Of a DNA stretch of 64,000 nucleotides, positions 26,241-39,678 are shown piece by piece (position 1 is the first letter of the stretch; every line of letters begins with the position of its first letter). A program made the translations under genes and the position numbers. The notes beneath the pieces are model-generated. The model was given only the letters and a program-made list of their open reading frames with translations, was not told the origin of the DNA and did not search any database. Source of the DNA: Phoronis australis (Eukaryota; Animalia; Phoronida); the NCBI GenBank assembly GCA_002633005.1, contig NMRA01000075.1, positions 948,426-1,012,425 on the forward strand. The letters are read 5' to 3'.

Positions 26241-27494
26241 ATGGCATTCCATCACTCAATGTTGGGAGATGTTTTGAAATGTTCCACTTTTGTACGAGAG
26301 GCTATCAATAACGAAAAACTAAGAATTCAGAAAAATGTAACATTATTTTTATGATTGTAATGTTTACAAGAAACAAAATTTGCCATGTAGTTAATACCAT
26401 TGTTTTCCTATCAATGTACCTTACCTTTTGCTAACTTTCACGACATGGTCACATGACTCTGTTATTAGCAGATAGGTAAAACATTAAAAATCAAATACTA
26501 CAGGTTTTCTACATTCAGAAAATAAGGTGCTAAATAACCTATGAATTGTTTTTAAAATGTTCCGCAATTGCATGACAGGCAATCAAAGGAAGGACTTTCA
26601 TGATTCTCATGATAAACTTTAAAGATCTACAAAACAAAATGAAATATTTCAAAAAACTGCAACAGCATTTTTGATATCTCACCGTGAACATTTACATCTA
26701 ATTAAATGTAAACATGTTCCTGACGTTGTTATTTTGCTATGCATGTATCTTTCATTTTCGTTAAATTTTACTAAAAAGACATGGTCATGTAATCCAAATT
26801 AATGAAAGAATGGTAAAAAGTCAAAAAATCAAATTCAACAGGTTTTGTGCTTTCACAAAATTATACTTTTACTGTAGTTTTTCAGATATGGTGCTAAAAT
26901 ACACAGACACTGGTGAAGGGGTCCTCCATAACCTTAAGCCAAGCTTTATATAGGCATATCCCCAACATTCCAAGGATCCAAGCAAATAAAACAACATAAC
27001 AATATCAACGTTGAAACCTGTGTTAAAAACTAAAGCTAGCTGCAACTCACACTTAATGACACTTATTCACTAAATCCCAGTTCTAAGTCCAAGTATTCCA
27101 TCCTTGACAGAAACTTATCATCACTAGCAAACAGCCCCACAGGGGGTGCTTGTTAGTATATATAACAAAAGCTGGATGGATGTTTGACTTACCATTTGAG
27201 GACAGAGTGGCTTAGCAAAGCTATCACCAGCTGGCTCAAAAAAGAGGAAGTGGTTGAGTTCTATGACTGGACATAGGAGTATAACATCTAATGGTAAGTT
27301 CCTGCTTGTTATGTAGTGATCAGATGAAGCAATTTTGCAATAAGTGCATTAGATGGGGAGCCTGGGAGAAAACAATAGGGGAAATGCAGTCTCCTCAAAA
27401 AGTTCAAAACAAAAAAAAATTTGCTACGAAAAGTCCAGTAACACGTTAGAGTTTGTAGATTTAACAAAAACATTTCATCTGCAGCATCAGCATC

Positions 27495-27660
27495 ACTATT
27501 ACTATTGATAATAATATCATAATATAATTACTATTCTTATTATTACTACTATTACTATTAATAATAATATCATTATATAATTACTATTCTTATTATTATT
27601 ACTACTAATAGTATTATTGCTGTTGCTGTTGGTGTTGGTGTTGGTGTTGTTATCATCATT
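27495..27660. repeat. Low-complexity (TAT/TAC/GTT)n microsatellite
   Basis: Runs of attattact and gttggt. Confidence 0.8.
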
Positions 27661-29672
27661 TATTTAACTGGGTTAGCCTTTTGCACTAGCCTCACAGAGG
27701 ACACAGGCGGAAAGACGCCAAAACTAAAAGCCAAAGGGTACATTACTACATGACAGATAAAATAATAAAACTGTGCAATAGTAAATAACGTAGACATTAG
27801 AGCAAGTAAAATGGTACAAAAATCAACGATTAACACAGTAAAAAGAAATATAGTTTACAAAATAACACAATAGCTCAGGGCATAATGATTGCAAAAGACA
27901 GGAAATGTCAAAGGAAATTTCAGCCTGGGTTCTAATCTTTTTACTCGAAATCAAACTCAAAGTTATTTTTTATGCTTTTGCCTTCTACTCAAGTCAAAGT
28001 AAATATAAATGTTGATTATTCTGTGCTTCAGTATCTTATGGTTTACAAGGACGGCTGCAATCCTATATTGCACTTGATGACACCAGCAGTAAAGCAATAA
28101 GTTTGAGTCTGAACTCCCATTTCATGTTTTTATTCGAAATCTCAAGTATTTATTCAAGTTTGTGGCTCAAACCTAGAGGGTAATTAAGTAAAAATTTCAA
28201 CACACTCGTTTGCGCGTCATCAGTAATATACTGGAGTACAGAAGTTCACATGTTAAAAATAATTTTAAGTTTGCTCTCAAGTAAAATATCAGAACTGGGG
28301 CTCTGAGGTTTTAACTGGGATAAAGTGGTTGCATTTAGTATATGAAAATTATTTAAATAGCATGTGATTCTGTGCTTCCAAATAAAAGAGATTAAACCAG
28401 GGTAGAGTTCAATAACGCTAGTTCCGCGGTAGAAAAGCAAGATGACTCAAGAGATTCTGTGAGAGATCGCCATGTTTTTTCAATGAGTGCATGTGACTTT
28501 GACTAGATATGTCTGGATCCAAGATAACTATTTACTTCACCCCATATGTCATACTTTGCCTCTGTAGTACAGGAGAGATAAACTATCACCTGACAATGTA
28601 CCTACTGTAGTGGAAAGAACATTGTCCTGTACACATTCTAAATTTAGGAGGGACAAGACAGTAATTGGCACTTCTTCTGTTGCAGTTCTTGTGAATTGTC
28701 AATGTATCAAAAGGGATATATGTAAGACAGAGCAGAGAACTTTGAAATCAGTGCCATGAGAGTATTATTATTAAAAGACACACAGTCCTTACTGTTAATA
28801 TCGGCATATTCCAAATGACAGGCAAAAACAGGATAATTAGCAATCATCTGCTTTACACATTGGCAAAACGATGCAATGACATCTGTAAACCAATTCAAAA
28901 TTTGGACAAAATTACTTAAAGCATTATCCAGATTTAATCCAAAAGTTCACGCTTGTCAAAGAGCATGTACTACATGCACAGAGTGCCATCACAGTCAATA
29001 AGTGTAAATCAGTGACTGTAGCATCCAGAGTGTGTCCTGGGGCAGCAAATAAACCTAACAAACTTTTTAAATAATTTACTGGAAGATTAGATCAGTGGTG
29101 TACTCTGCTTAATTTAGAAGCAAGTATACACCCAAGGGCTAGTGTGTCAGTGCAGAATCTTAAGTACACCTTTGAGTTTGTACAACTAATGGAACACTCA
29201 TTTATATTGAGGAGGGAACTGATGAACATGTTGTGACTGGTAAGGTCAGCTTACTAGGTGCAATCCATTACAAAAAATTAAATTCTAATTTTGACCACAT
29301 ACCATTATAAAATAACTTCAGATTGTTCTTTAGTCAAAATAGATGTGGTTTCGGTTCTTGAAAAAAAGTAATTATTGATTATTGTGACAGTTTGACTTGT
29401 CACAGAGCCTCATCCAATTTGTTGAAGTATCAAGTACTGTGCTGAACTGCCAGTTGTTTACAAGACAACTAAAGACTAATTTCACAGCAGTGGCTGGTCT
29501 AAATCAAAAGTTTAGTTTCTTTGACGGAACACGTGTTATTTTACAAATATTTTAAGTTTAGGCATGTTAATCCATTTTAAACTTGAATCATTTTAGCAGA
29601 AAAATCAATCAAGATAAAACTACATCCACTAATAAGGATAAATTTAGATTTATATAGATCTTTCTCGATTTA

Positions 29673-31085
29673 CCGTATTTGCCGTAATAAGCGCCGAGGG
29701 CGCTTAGAAAAATTGGCTTCAGGAAGGGGGAGCTTATTATAGCCCAAAAGTGGTTGAAACCCAGTCTCCAAAACGGGTGAAATCGTAAGCTAGAATTCAT
29801 CAAATTTACACTGTGACGCCTTTAAACTATGACAGAGTTTCTACAAAATTGTAGTGAATTGCTATTAAACTTTGTTGTTAAATTACGATCATTTTTCAGA
29901 AAATCCCAGTGCGAAAACTCACCAACTGATGCAATGCTGCCTCGCGACCGCCGATAGGTCAACTTGAAGTCTTGAGTAAAAAATATAGTTTCGACTCAAC
30001 AAATTACCTGAAGTCCTTAAGTTTCCAAAATAGCGTCCCTAAGATTTTTAAGTTCCTGTGGAGTCGGGATAAACTGTGTATTAAGTCCAAATCTGCGCTA
30101 GATCGTACTCTGCAACACGAGAAAATCTTTGGATGAATACACATATAGTTGTCACATGATGTTTATTTTGAAGTTCGTCTGCGTATTGTTGCGAGTGAGC
30201 GAGCGCAAGCGAGTCATCAGAGTTCATTTGCCAGCGTAAACACGATGTAACATTTAGGTGTGCATTGCAACTATTTTAAGGAAATTAACATAAGCAGTAA
30301 AGTAGAACGTGTTTTATTTAGCACTTGTTGATCTCATCTGCTAAAAAACGTTCGAGAACTGTCTCGGTAAAGCCGATGATGCGTGACAGTCTAACAGTTA
30401 TTTTTCGGGAGGTTCGGGAGGTGTAAGAGTGCGGAAATGTTCACTATCAGTGGGTCATTTTGACTTTGAAAAAACGATTACGACTAATTTAATAATTCAC
30501 CATTAAAAGAAACGCAAAACTTTTTTAACTTTTGGAAATAAGTGCCGATGTTATGCTACTCGTTTCATGAATAGATAGTTCCCGAAGACTAATCTTAAAT
30601 GACAGGTACTTGAATGTAGCGCATGCTTCCTGACCACGTGCTTTTAACAGAACAATGGTCATGTTTTTATTAGTCTTCCACTCACAGTTTTCCCGTGTAG
30701 AAAGAAATTTGGATTCCTGTTGAGGGAGAACATCTGTATGGGAAAGATACAATACAATCCCTTTGACAAGTACGCTGTGTCTGTTCTGAAAGGCCAGACC
30801 ATAATAGGACACGTCCGTCGCAAGATCAGCGAAGCACGGCGGAAGTTTGAAGTGTATAGTCAGGGCTAAATACCGACATAGTGGCAAGGCTTGTGGTCAA
30901 TAAATTCCGCCCACAATGATTTTTTTCAGGACTATCGGATCTTATTGATAAATTGAAGATGTTACTGTAGATAAGGAATTTTTTGCATGTACATGATGTT
31001 CATGGACTGGGCACTTATTTTAGCAAAGTCTGAAAACGCGTGGGGGCGCTTATAGGGGCATGGGTGCTTATTAGGGCAAACACAG
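29673..31085. mobile_element. Non-autonomous Tc1/pogo-like DNA transposon
   Basis: TA|ccgtatttgccgtaataagcgcc ... gggtgcttattagggcaaa(t/c)ac(g/a)g inverted termini; the right end is duplicated at about 31872. Confidence 0.7.
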
Positions 31086-32145
31086 TTCTTTGAATTTTCA
31101 AATTTTTGGGGCTCTAAAAGATTCCTCAATTATGCATGACTTTAACTTTAACAAGAACTGACATACAATTACTGATTGTGAAAAGTTGTGCTAATGGCAA
31201 CTGTCAACAAACACATGCTTCTCCGTTAGTATTTACGATTAAAATACTGAAAATGTGTTCAACTGCACAGCATTCATTAATAGAGCATGGATAACCTCAG
31301 ACCATAAAATGTTTCAGGAGTTATCTCTCTACACTAATTACTCCAGTCACTTTATGTGNGTTATGCTACTCGTTTCATGAATAGATAGTTCCCGAAGACT
31401 AATCTTAAATGACAGGTACTTGAATGTAGCGCATGCTTCCTGACCACGTGCTTTTAACAGAACAATGGTCATGTTTTTATTAGTCTTCCACTCACAGTTT
31501 TCCCGTGTAGAAAGAAATTTGGATTCCTGTTGAGGGAGAACATCTGTATGGGAAAGATACAATACAATCCCTTTGACAAGTACGCTGTGTCTGTTCTGAA
31601 AGGCCAGACCATAATAGGACACGTCCGTCGCAAGATCAGCGAAGCACGGCGGAAGTTTGAAGTGTATAGTCAGGGCTAAATACCGACATAGTGGCAAGGC
31701 TTGTGGTCAACAATGATTTTTTCAGGACTATCGGATCTTATTGATAAATTGAAGATGTTACTGTAGAACTGTAGATAAGGAATTTTTTGCATGTACATGA
31801 CGTTCATGGACTGGGCACTTATTTTAGCAAAGACGCTTATAGGGGCATGGGTGCTTATTAGGGCAAATACGGTTCTTTGAATTTTCAAATTTTAGGGGCT
31901 CTAAAAGATTCCTCAATTACGCATGACTTTAACTATAACAAGAACTGACATACAATTACTGATTGTGAAAAGTTGTGCTAATGGCAACTGTCAACAAACA
32001 CATGCTTCTTCATTAGTATTTACGATTAAAATACTGAAAATGTGTTCAACTGCACAGCATTCATTAATAGAGCATGGATAACCTCAGACCATAAAATGTT
32101 TCAGGAGTTATCTCTCTACACTAATTACTCCAGTCACTTTATGTG
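30550..32145. repeat. Near-identical duplication of about 800 bp across the single N at 31359 (probable haplotype overlap)
   Basis: 30550-31358 matches 31360-32145 apart from small indels and SNPs; this explains the duplicated ORFs 30525 and 31347. Confidence 0.85.
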
Positions 32146-32439
32146 CCTTTGATGTATGCCTACAAGCTCTGTTTAGATGTATTTTTATTCTAAGCACAAA
32201 ATACGAGACATTGCTAATTTGACCCAAACATGTATATTCTGACAGATCATAATTTCCATTCCCACTTTACCAAAATACAGAGGGCAGTATAAATTATGCA
32301 TGGTTCAAGCAAAAAAATGGAGCAAGACTGGCATTGTGTGATGTATAGTGATTAAAAAATATTCAATTAACACGATCTTACAAGTTTGTCCATCATGAGT
32401 TATGAGACGAAAAGCGCTACAGCCCAGTGCAATTGGCAG

Positions 32440-33450
32440 CGGATACACTATACAAATAAATTAACACTAAGTTATAGTAAGTGTACAATGCAATTACCAG
32501 CATATCGATACACTAACTTACAGCAAGTATACACTGTATACCAGAGTATACACTACGTTATAGTGAGTATATAGTGTATATCAGTGTATCGATACACTAT
32601 ACAAGCTTATCAAAACTAAGTTACAGTCAGTATACACTGTACATCATAGTATCAACAGGCTATATACAAGCCTCAATCAACATTACGTAAGTTATAGTAA
32701 GTATGCAGTGTAAAGCATTGTATCAATACACTATACAAGCCTATCAACACTAAGTTACAGTGAGCATAAACTGTATACCAGAGCATCGATACACTAGTAT
32801 ACAATCCTATCAACACTATGTTATAGGGTCAGTAACCAACCTTTGTGGTTTAATAGTAACTTGGCGATCGGAGGCACAGGTGTTTTTTATAAGCCTTGGT
32901 TTGTAAAAGGCTTGAGATTTATTAGAGATATGTATACCTCTGATGGTGATCTTGTTAGTCTAAACAATATGAAAAATAGGTTCGACGTGAAAACCAACTT
33001 TGTAGAATATAATGGTGTTGTTTCTGTTCTAAAAANTAACACTAAGTTATAGTAAGTGTACAATGCAATTACCAGCATATCGATACACTAACTTACAGCA
33101 AGTATACACTGTATACCAGAGTATACACTACGTTATAGTGAGTATATAGTGTATATCAGTGTATCGATACACTATACAAGCTTATCAAAACTAAGTTACA
33201 GTCAGTATACACTGTACATCATAGTATCAACAGGCTATATACAAGCCTCAATCAACATTACGTAAGTTATAGTAAGTATGCAGTGTAAAGCATTGCATCA
33301 ATACACTATACAAGCCTATCAACACTAAGTTACAGTGAGCATAAACTGTATACCAGAGCATCGATACACTAGTATACAATCCTATCAACACTATGTTATA
33401 GGGTCAGTATACATTGTATACCAGAGTATTAGATATTCTATACAAGCCTA
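32440..33450. repeat. Minisatellite of about 60 bp, partly duplicated across the N at 33036
   Basis: Units tatcgatacactatacaagcctatcaacactaagttatagtaagtatacactgtataccagag; 32462-32834 is re-read at 33037-33409. Confidence 0.8.
32835..33035 (+). mobile_element. L1/Tx1-like LINE ORF2 fragment, cut by a contig end
   Basis: QPLWFNSNLAIGGTGVFYKPWFVKGLRFIRDMY...NFVEYNG matches the LW.N..I.....F...W...GI..I.D pattern found C-terminal to RT in L1/Tx1 elements. Confidence 0.7.
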
Positions 33451-34156
33451 TCACTATCATGATGAAAATGATGAAAGTCTTGTCACAGTGATGATGATAA
33501 AAGTTCTGTCTGTACACACTTAAAACACATTACAGCCAGTGCTGAAAAACTGTGTTGAAGAATCCTGCCAAAATAAGCCCCTTCAGAGAATTCTCTGAGC
33601 ACCAGACTGATGGACATCCATTTAAGGAGACACTACACTCACTACACTACCAGGTAACGGCATGCCTTATCAGCCACTGAGCTCAAATACAGCCATGGTT
33701 GCCTAATATATTGTTTGAACAAACTGGTAAATCAATCAAAACTCATTTTTATTTGATTACATGAAAGTATAAAAAATTACTATAACTCTTGACTGACCAA
33801 AACAAATTGATGACTTGAAAACTAAGGAAATTAGACCTACGGAATGAGGTAAAGCAAAGCACTTCGATCAATGTGTCTTCCATTAGTTATGAACGGATAA
33901 ACATTAAAGTAAAAATGACATGAACTAGAGAATGATATTGAAGTGAAATGTGAAAGGATATTTGATAGACCAAATCTTGCTTAACTAGTCACTTAGGAAC
34001 TGATGAAGAGTCACTAATTAATCACCATTGACAGAATGTCCAGTTAACTAAACTATTAAGTCATGTCTTAATGAAAGCAACATTCAAGTGTCAGTTGGTA
34101 TAGCTGGTGAAGGGACTGCTAGTTTGATGAACCAGAAGGAAAGTTCAGAGATTTCA

Positions 34157-34570
34157 CCAATATAGCCTTGGTAATGTCCAACTGTTGTACCAATATAGCC
34201 TTGGTAATGTCCAACACTGTTGTACCAATATAGCCTTGGTAATGTCCAACACTGTTGTACCAATATAGCCTTGGTAATGTCCATTACACAGTTGTACCAA
34301 TGTAGCCTTGGTAATGTCCAACACTGTTGTAACAATATAGCCTCGGTAATGTCCAACACTGTTGTACCGATATAGCCTTGGTAATGTCCAACACTGTTGT
34401 ACCAATATAGCCTTGGTAATGTCCAACACTGTTGTACCAATATAGCCTTGGTAATGTCCAACACTGTTGTACCAAAAGTCTTGTTAATGTCCAACACTGT
34501 TGTACCAATATAGCCTTGGTGGTGTCCAACACTGTTGTACCAATATAGCCTTGGTAATGTCCAACAATGT
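34157..34570. repeat. 35-bp minisatellite, about 12 homogeneous copies
   Basis: Unit ccaatatagccttggtaatgtccaacactgttgta. Confidence 0.92.
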
Positions 34571-36099
34571 CGTACATGTTTGCTATGTTACACACAATGA
34601 TAGGCGCACGGTACTTTGTGTCAAAAAGAACTTTAATTTTAGCCACATACCGATTATAAAATTATTCATTCCAAGTTTGTAAATGGTTTCAGTTATTTCA
34701 TTATTTCTATAGATGATTTAGCATAATAGTGTCAAGTGACAGCGCCATCTGATGTATTACGGGCTTAGGCTCAAGACAAAAATGTACTGTCGATTGCATA
34801 AAAAGAACACAAAATGATATTTTGGAAAACAGCAACAACCTGTTTGAGATCTCACTTTCAACATTGATATCAAACAAAATTTGATCTTGATATCGATACC
34901 CGTTGTTTCATGCTATCGATGTACCTTTAGTTTCTTTTTGCTAAAGTTTACGAAAAAGATCTGGACACGTGACCCAAATAAAAGATAAGTAAAAAGTCAA
35001 AAATCAACTTCTACAGGCTTTGTACTTTCAGAAAAGATATACTTTTTGCAAATTAAAATTTATAGTTTTCTACATGTTAGGCTAAGTAGGCACACCTGTC
35101 AATAAGGTTCAACATTGCAAGCCAGGGCAGATACAGGATTTTGAGTTGGGGGGTGCCATGGCCCGCTTGGCCCCCTAATGCCCCCCTCTAAATCTGCCAC
35201 TGCACTGTACCTTAAGATCAATAGAATTCTTATTTTAAAAAAGATTCTGCTACGCTTAGAATTCTGAAAAGTGCTTGGTGAAAAGAATTTCGAAGCCAAC
35301 ACCCGCACCGTCCCTATGACGATCACCCAGGCAACCCAGATAATCAATGACCACTCAACACCTCGTTTGAGAGATTGTTCAGCTACTTAGCCATCATGAG
35401 TGTGGAACAGCCTGTGTGCAAGCGGCCACACCGTGTGGTCAAGGTGCCCCAGTTGCACAAGTGCTGAAGTGAACTGAGTAATTTATTTAAAATGATGGCT
35501 TACTTTCTATAATAAGTGGTTGGGTGGCTGCCTCAGTGACTGGCTGCTAATACATATTGTTTGTAGCTGTTACAGAATATCGTAGGGACTTTGTATTTTG
35601 TACGGAAAACAAATTTCTTTTTGCATCATTATTGAGCTTCCCCCACATTTTAAACAGATGCATGATCATCGGCCTAAGTTACTAAGTTGCTGGGTCACTG
35701 TGCATCCTCATAACATTGACATTGTGCTGTGATGTAGAAAGTCATTCTAATTGATGCCAGTCTCACGTACTCTAGGTACGCCTACCTGTGACTTTGGAAT
35801 TTACTAAACAAGGTCTGAATTGGTTCTCAAAACTACGACGAAAGACAACTTCTTTCTATGAAGTGAACCTCAGTGTTGTGGAACAGACTGAAAGTATGTC
35901 ATTGAACAAGATCTTGGTAAATTCCGTTACCAGTAACAAGACTGCACAAGCTCATAGTAGGATGCGTTCAATACCAGTTCAGATGAAACGGCAAGAGTGA
36001 TTCAATTTATTTCCATATCTGGAGGCAAGCCTTTGTCATTTTGAAAATAATCCAAAAACCAAACCATAGCAGGTGGATGCAGTGGCATTGCTTGAGGGC

Positions 36100-36357
36100 T
36101 GCACTGACCGGGGCAGCACTGATCGGGGCAGCTCTGACCGGGGCAGCTCTGACCGGAGCAGCTCTGACCGGAGCAGCTCTGACCGGGGCAGCACTGACCG
36201 GGGCAGCACTGACCGGGTCAGCTCTGACCGGGGCAGCTCTGACCGGGGCAGCTCTGACCGGGGCAGCTCTGACCGGGGCAGCTCTGACCGGGCCAGCTCT
36301 GACCGGGCCAGCTCTGACCGGGCCAGCTCTGACCGGGGCAGCTCTGACCAGGGCAGT
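36100..36357. repeat. GC-rich 15-bp minisatellite (ctgaccggggcagct)n, about 17 copies
   Basis: Read directly; it generates the repetitive ORFs at 36036-36527. Confidence 0.92.
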
Positions 36358-36769
36358 ACCGCAACTTTGGTTTCTGCACTGACGGGGGAAGGCACAAAAA
36401 ACACAGCTGGACGGTATGAAGGAAGATGAGAACTAGAGCTAAGCGGGATAGAGTAGTTTAAAATACACAACAGACAGAAAAAAACTGAGACCTTGATGTT
36501 GGGCAGACACTTTTTTCTGTAAGTCATTGAGCACAGGTCTCAAGTTGGGATACAAAGCAGAACCAACTATGCTTTTTAGCTATTACCAACCTTGCAAGCC
36601 ATCAACAACCCTAGCAAGCGATAAAATCAGTAACTTAACTGCAAATTCCATCAAAACAAGCCACTTTTAGTTATGATATTTACTATGTATGCAAGTTTTT
36701 GTTACGTTGATTTCATCTGTATTCCCTCCTCTGAAAATCAAAACAACTTTTGAAACTTCAGGGGTTTTC

Positions 36770-36988
36770 CGCTAAAACTGATTGATTGTCACTGAAAGAT
36801 AGGCGAGTTGCGTACATTTTGGAATCTTACTTTTGTGAGACGAAAGCATCGACACTTTTAAGAAAGTCTTGATCATGAACAATTGGGGGTGGGCAGTAAG
36901 CCGAGCATGGGTGCTTAAAAATGAAAAAATTAAAATTTCGGGGGTGGGCGGTAAGCCAAGCATGGGCGGTAACCCGAACGAGTACGAT
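36770..36988. mobile_element. Right-end fragment of a pogo-like non-autonomous element
   Basis: Subterminal gggcggtaagcc.agcatgggcg repeats ending cccgaacgagtacg, similar to the end at 48207. Confidence 0.5.
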
Positions 36989-38089
36989 ACTGGATTATTT
37001 GAAAATTAAAAAGAAATTTTGGTTTCTAGATTTCACCAATTTTCATTGAGAAGAAACAGCATCAACTTTATAAAACTACTACAGCTACATTTTACTCTGC
37101 ATTATGAAAGATTATCTAGGCAAAAACAAAAATAAGATACTTGGCTTTCACCAACCAAGAACTAATTTGCAGAGCAAAAATCTGAAAAGGCCTCAGTTAA
37201 CAGTAACTAACAGTAACAAGTGTTGGTAATACATGTGTTATCTAAGATATCCAGTAACAATGTCTGTTTTGTGTGCTTAACTGGTTCATAGCCTAAGGTG
37301 GTGAAAGGCTAAACTATCCATTAGGCATCACAAACTGAGATCTCTCACCACTTCTTCTCTCAATGGTTTCGCATTTCCATTCTGTCACTACTAACACTCT
37401 ATAAATGATCCTGGTTCAATCCCTCTCCAAATTCACAATAGATTTTAATGTTTGTGATTTAGGAAACTGTCATTTTCCACATAATTTGAGAACCACAGTC
37501 ACACTTCATTACAGCTGGTAGCTAGATGGAATTTACAACGGTTTGGGATTCTAGTCATAACTTATCAATCATCCAACTGTCAGGGAATGACAGGCAAGTA
37601 CAAGTCCTTCAAGAGTCTACTCAGTTGATCTCATATGTAAAGGACTTAAGCAGAACATGTCACTGATGATAACAAAACCCAGAACTTGGATTATTCAAAA
37701 AACCCAGAACATGGATTATTCAAGTCACTTAATATACTTCATAGTGTTTTTTTTTTACTGTTTTTGTCCAAGTACAATCATTATACACAGTAGACAAGTT
37801 TTACTTCAACAGTGAAAGCCACACAGTCAAGTTAAAACAAGTTCATTTTTAGCAAGAGAAAGTGTTAAAGAATCCTGAACTTCTATGAATCTATGTCATT
37901 ATGTAAGAAGAAAATTAAGATATTTATTAATTTTAGTAAACAGTATAACCAAGAACATGATAATAAACATTGCCTTCGCTTCCAAAGACTCAATATTATT
38001 TCAAACTTTTTGACAACCCTTTGTCATTATTTCAGAAGTTTTTGACAACCCCCTGAGGTATTTATCACAAGGGGAATCAACAATTGGTG

Positions 38090-38520
38090 GGACTTCAAAG
38101 CAACTTGCCCAGACTTCAAAACCAGCTGGTTGGACTGCAAAACCCAATGGCCAATCACCAGATCTAACTTGGTGGTCAGACCTCAATGTCTGGTACCTCA
38201 AAACCAGATTGGTCGGTGCTCAAACACAACGACCGAACAAATCGCCAATTTTGAACAAAACAAATGGGTACAAAAAATAAACACTAGATGTCACTTGAAT
38301 CCTTCGAGACTTTCAAAGCGAGTCGCTGAGGAAGTCCAGTCGTCGTGTTTCATCACTGGCCAACTGGTTACAGCACCAACCATCGTGTTTTGAGTCTAGG
38401 CAAATAGTACTTTGGGTGAGGCCATAGTGTTTTGAAGTCCAGGCAACACATTTGATCATTGGCCAACTCGGGTTTCCCAGTCCAGCCCACAGGTTTTGAA
38501 GTCCGACTGGTTGTTGATTC
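38090..38520. mobile_element. Degenerate foldback/MITE
   Basis: gacttcaaaacc..tggact..aaacc..tggccaat is mirrored by attggcca..ggttt..agtcca..ggttttgaagtc. Confidence 0.45.
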
Positions 38521-38634
38521 CAAACTTTGTATCAGTGACTGAGCATTGTATGTCAATGGAGTCAGTTTCGCTGATTCTCAGAGTAGCCTTCCAAGTTGGG
38601 TACGTCTTCATCAGTGTGTGTGTGTGTACATATA

Positions 38635-39678
38635 CCATAAACTGGTAGCTTATATTGGGAAACCCTGAAAAGGGGGATTACCCAAGCAGTGAACGCTTAA
38701 ACCGAAAATTGGCAAGCCGGTGGTGGGCGATTACCCATGCAGTGACAACTTTCATCCAAATTTTAGCAGAACTGGGCAAGTGGGGTGTTCATTCAAGCAC
38801 GGAACTTGTACGTTCAAACAGCGGAACCCAACAACCAAAAAGTTTCCCACAGCTCAAACAGAAATAGGATTTTGACTTTGAAGGGTGATTTCGCAAGACT
38901 GTAAAATGCTAAAGTCAGATGATTTCAAATTAGCACGCTCCAAAATGTCATACCACAGAACTTTATGAAACTCGAATGGCAGTTCACATACCATATCAGC
39001 AAATACTGTTTCAGATCAGTGAACGTGACTATATTTCATTTTTTTCGAATAAAACACAGACAATTCATTCCCAGCCCAACCTAAACTTTGAACGGGAGGG
39101 GGTGTGTGACTAGTGGCTAAATTCAAATCGGGGTCGCCCAGGGATATAAATCTAGCTAAATCACGTGTTCCGTGCGTGCAAGTGCAACGAGAAGGGGGTG
39201 TGATTAATTGCTCAATTCAAATCGGGGTCGACCCAAGAGATAAATCCAGCAAAATCACGTGCTCCGTGCATGCTACTGAACGATGACTTGTCTCGTAGTA
39301 GAAAACCACCAATTCTATAACTATCTATGGAGTTGGCCTATATTAATTTAACAAAAGACCAGTTAATAAGTTTATAAAAGGGAGTTGCAGCGCTTAAGTT
39401 ATTCCACAAATGCCGGCTAAAAAACGCACTTTTCGAGACTATCGTATGTAAGCACGCCATGTTTCTTGCAAACACGAAAGTCCGAGCCCGAGGCAAAGCT
39501 GTGAATAAAAGCACAAGTTCAAGCTCAAGTTCAGCAAGACAGGCGATTGACCCAATAAACTAAACTTTGCGCATAGTGGGGATGGGCAATTACCCAAACA
39601 GTGGGCGCTTACATCGAAATTTGGCAAAAGTCGGAGGACAGATTATCCTGGTATGGGCGTTTACCCGCGAGTTTACAG
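38635..39678. mobile_element. Tc1/pogo-like non-autonomous element with TA target-site duplication
   Basis: TA|ccataaactgg ... gggcgtttacccgcgagtttacag|TA, with family-typical subterminal gggcg.ttaccc repeats. Confidence 0.6.

Noticed and set aside
27185-27302. Strong donor-like AATG|GTAAGT motifs on both strands about 100 bp apart
   Set aside because: No convincing acceptor or long open frame can be paired with either; probably chance.
30525-31697. Two identical ~120-aa ORFs suggesting a tandem gene duplication
   Set aside because: They lie inside a non-autonomous transposon duplicated across a single-N join, have no recognisable domain, and are most likely an assembly artefact.
34157-34570. 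Regular 35-bp repeats superficially like a CRISPR array (also 49975-50320)
   Set aside because: The units are contiguous with no unique spacers, there are no cas genes, and the context is a eukaryotic intron.
34084-34646. Overlapping ORFs of 91-137 aa
   Set aside because: They are translations of the 35-bp minisatellite; the same peptides cycle through all frames.
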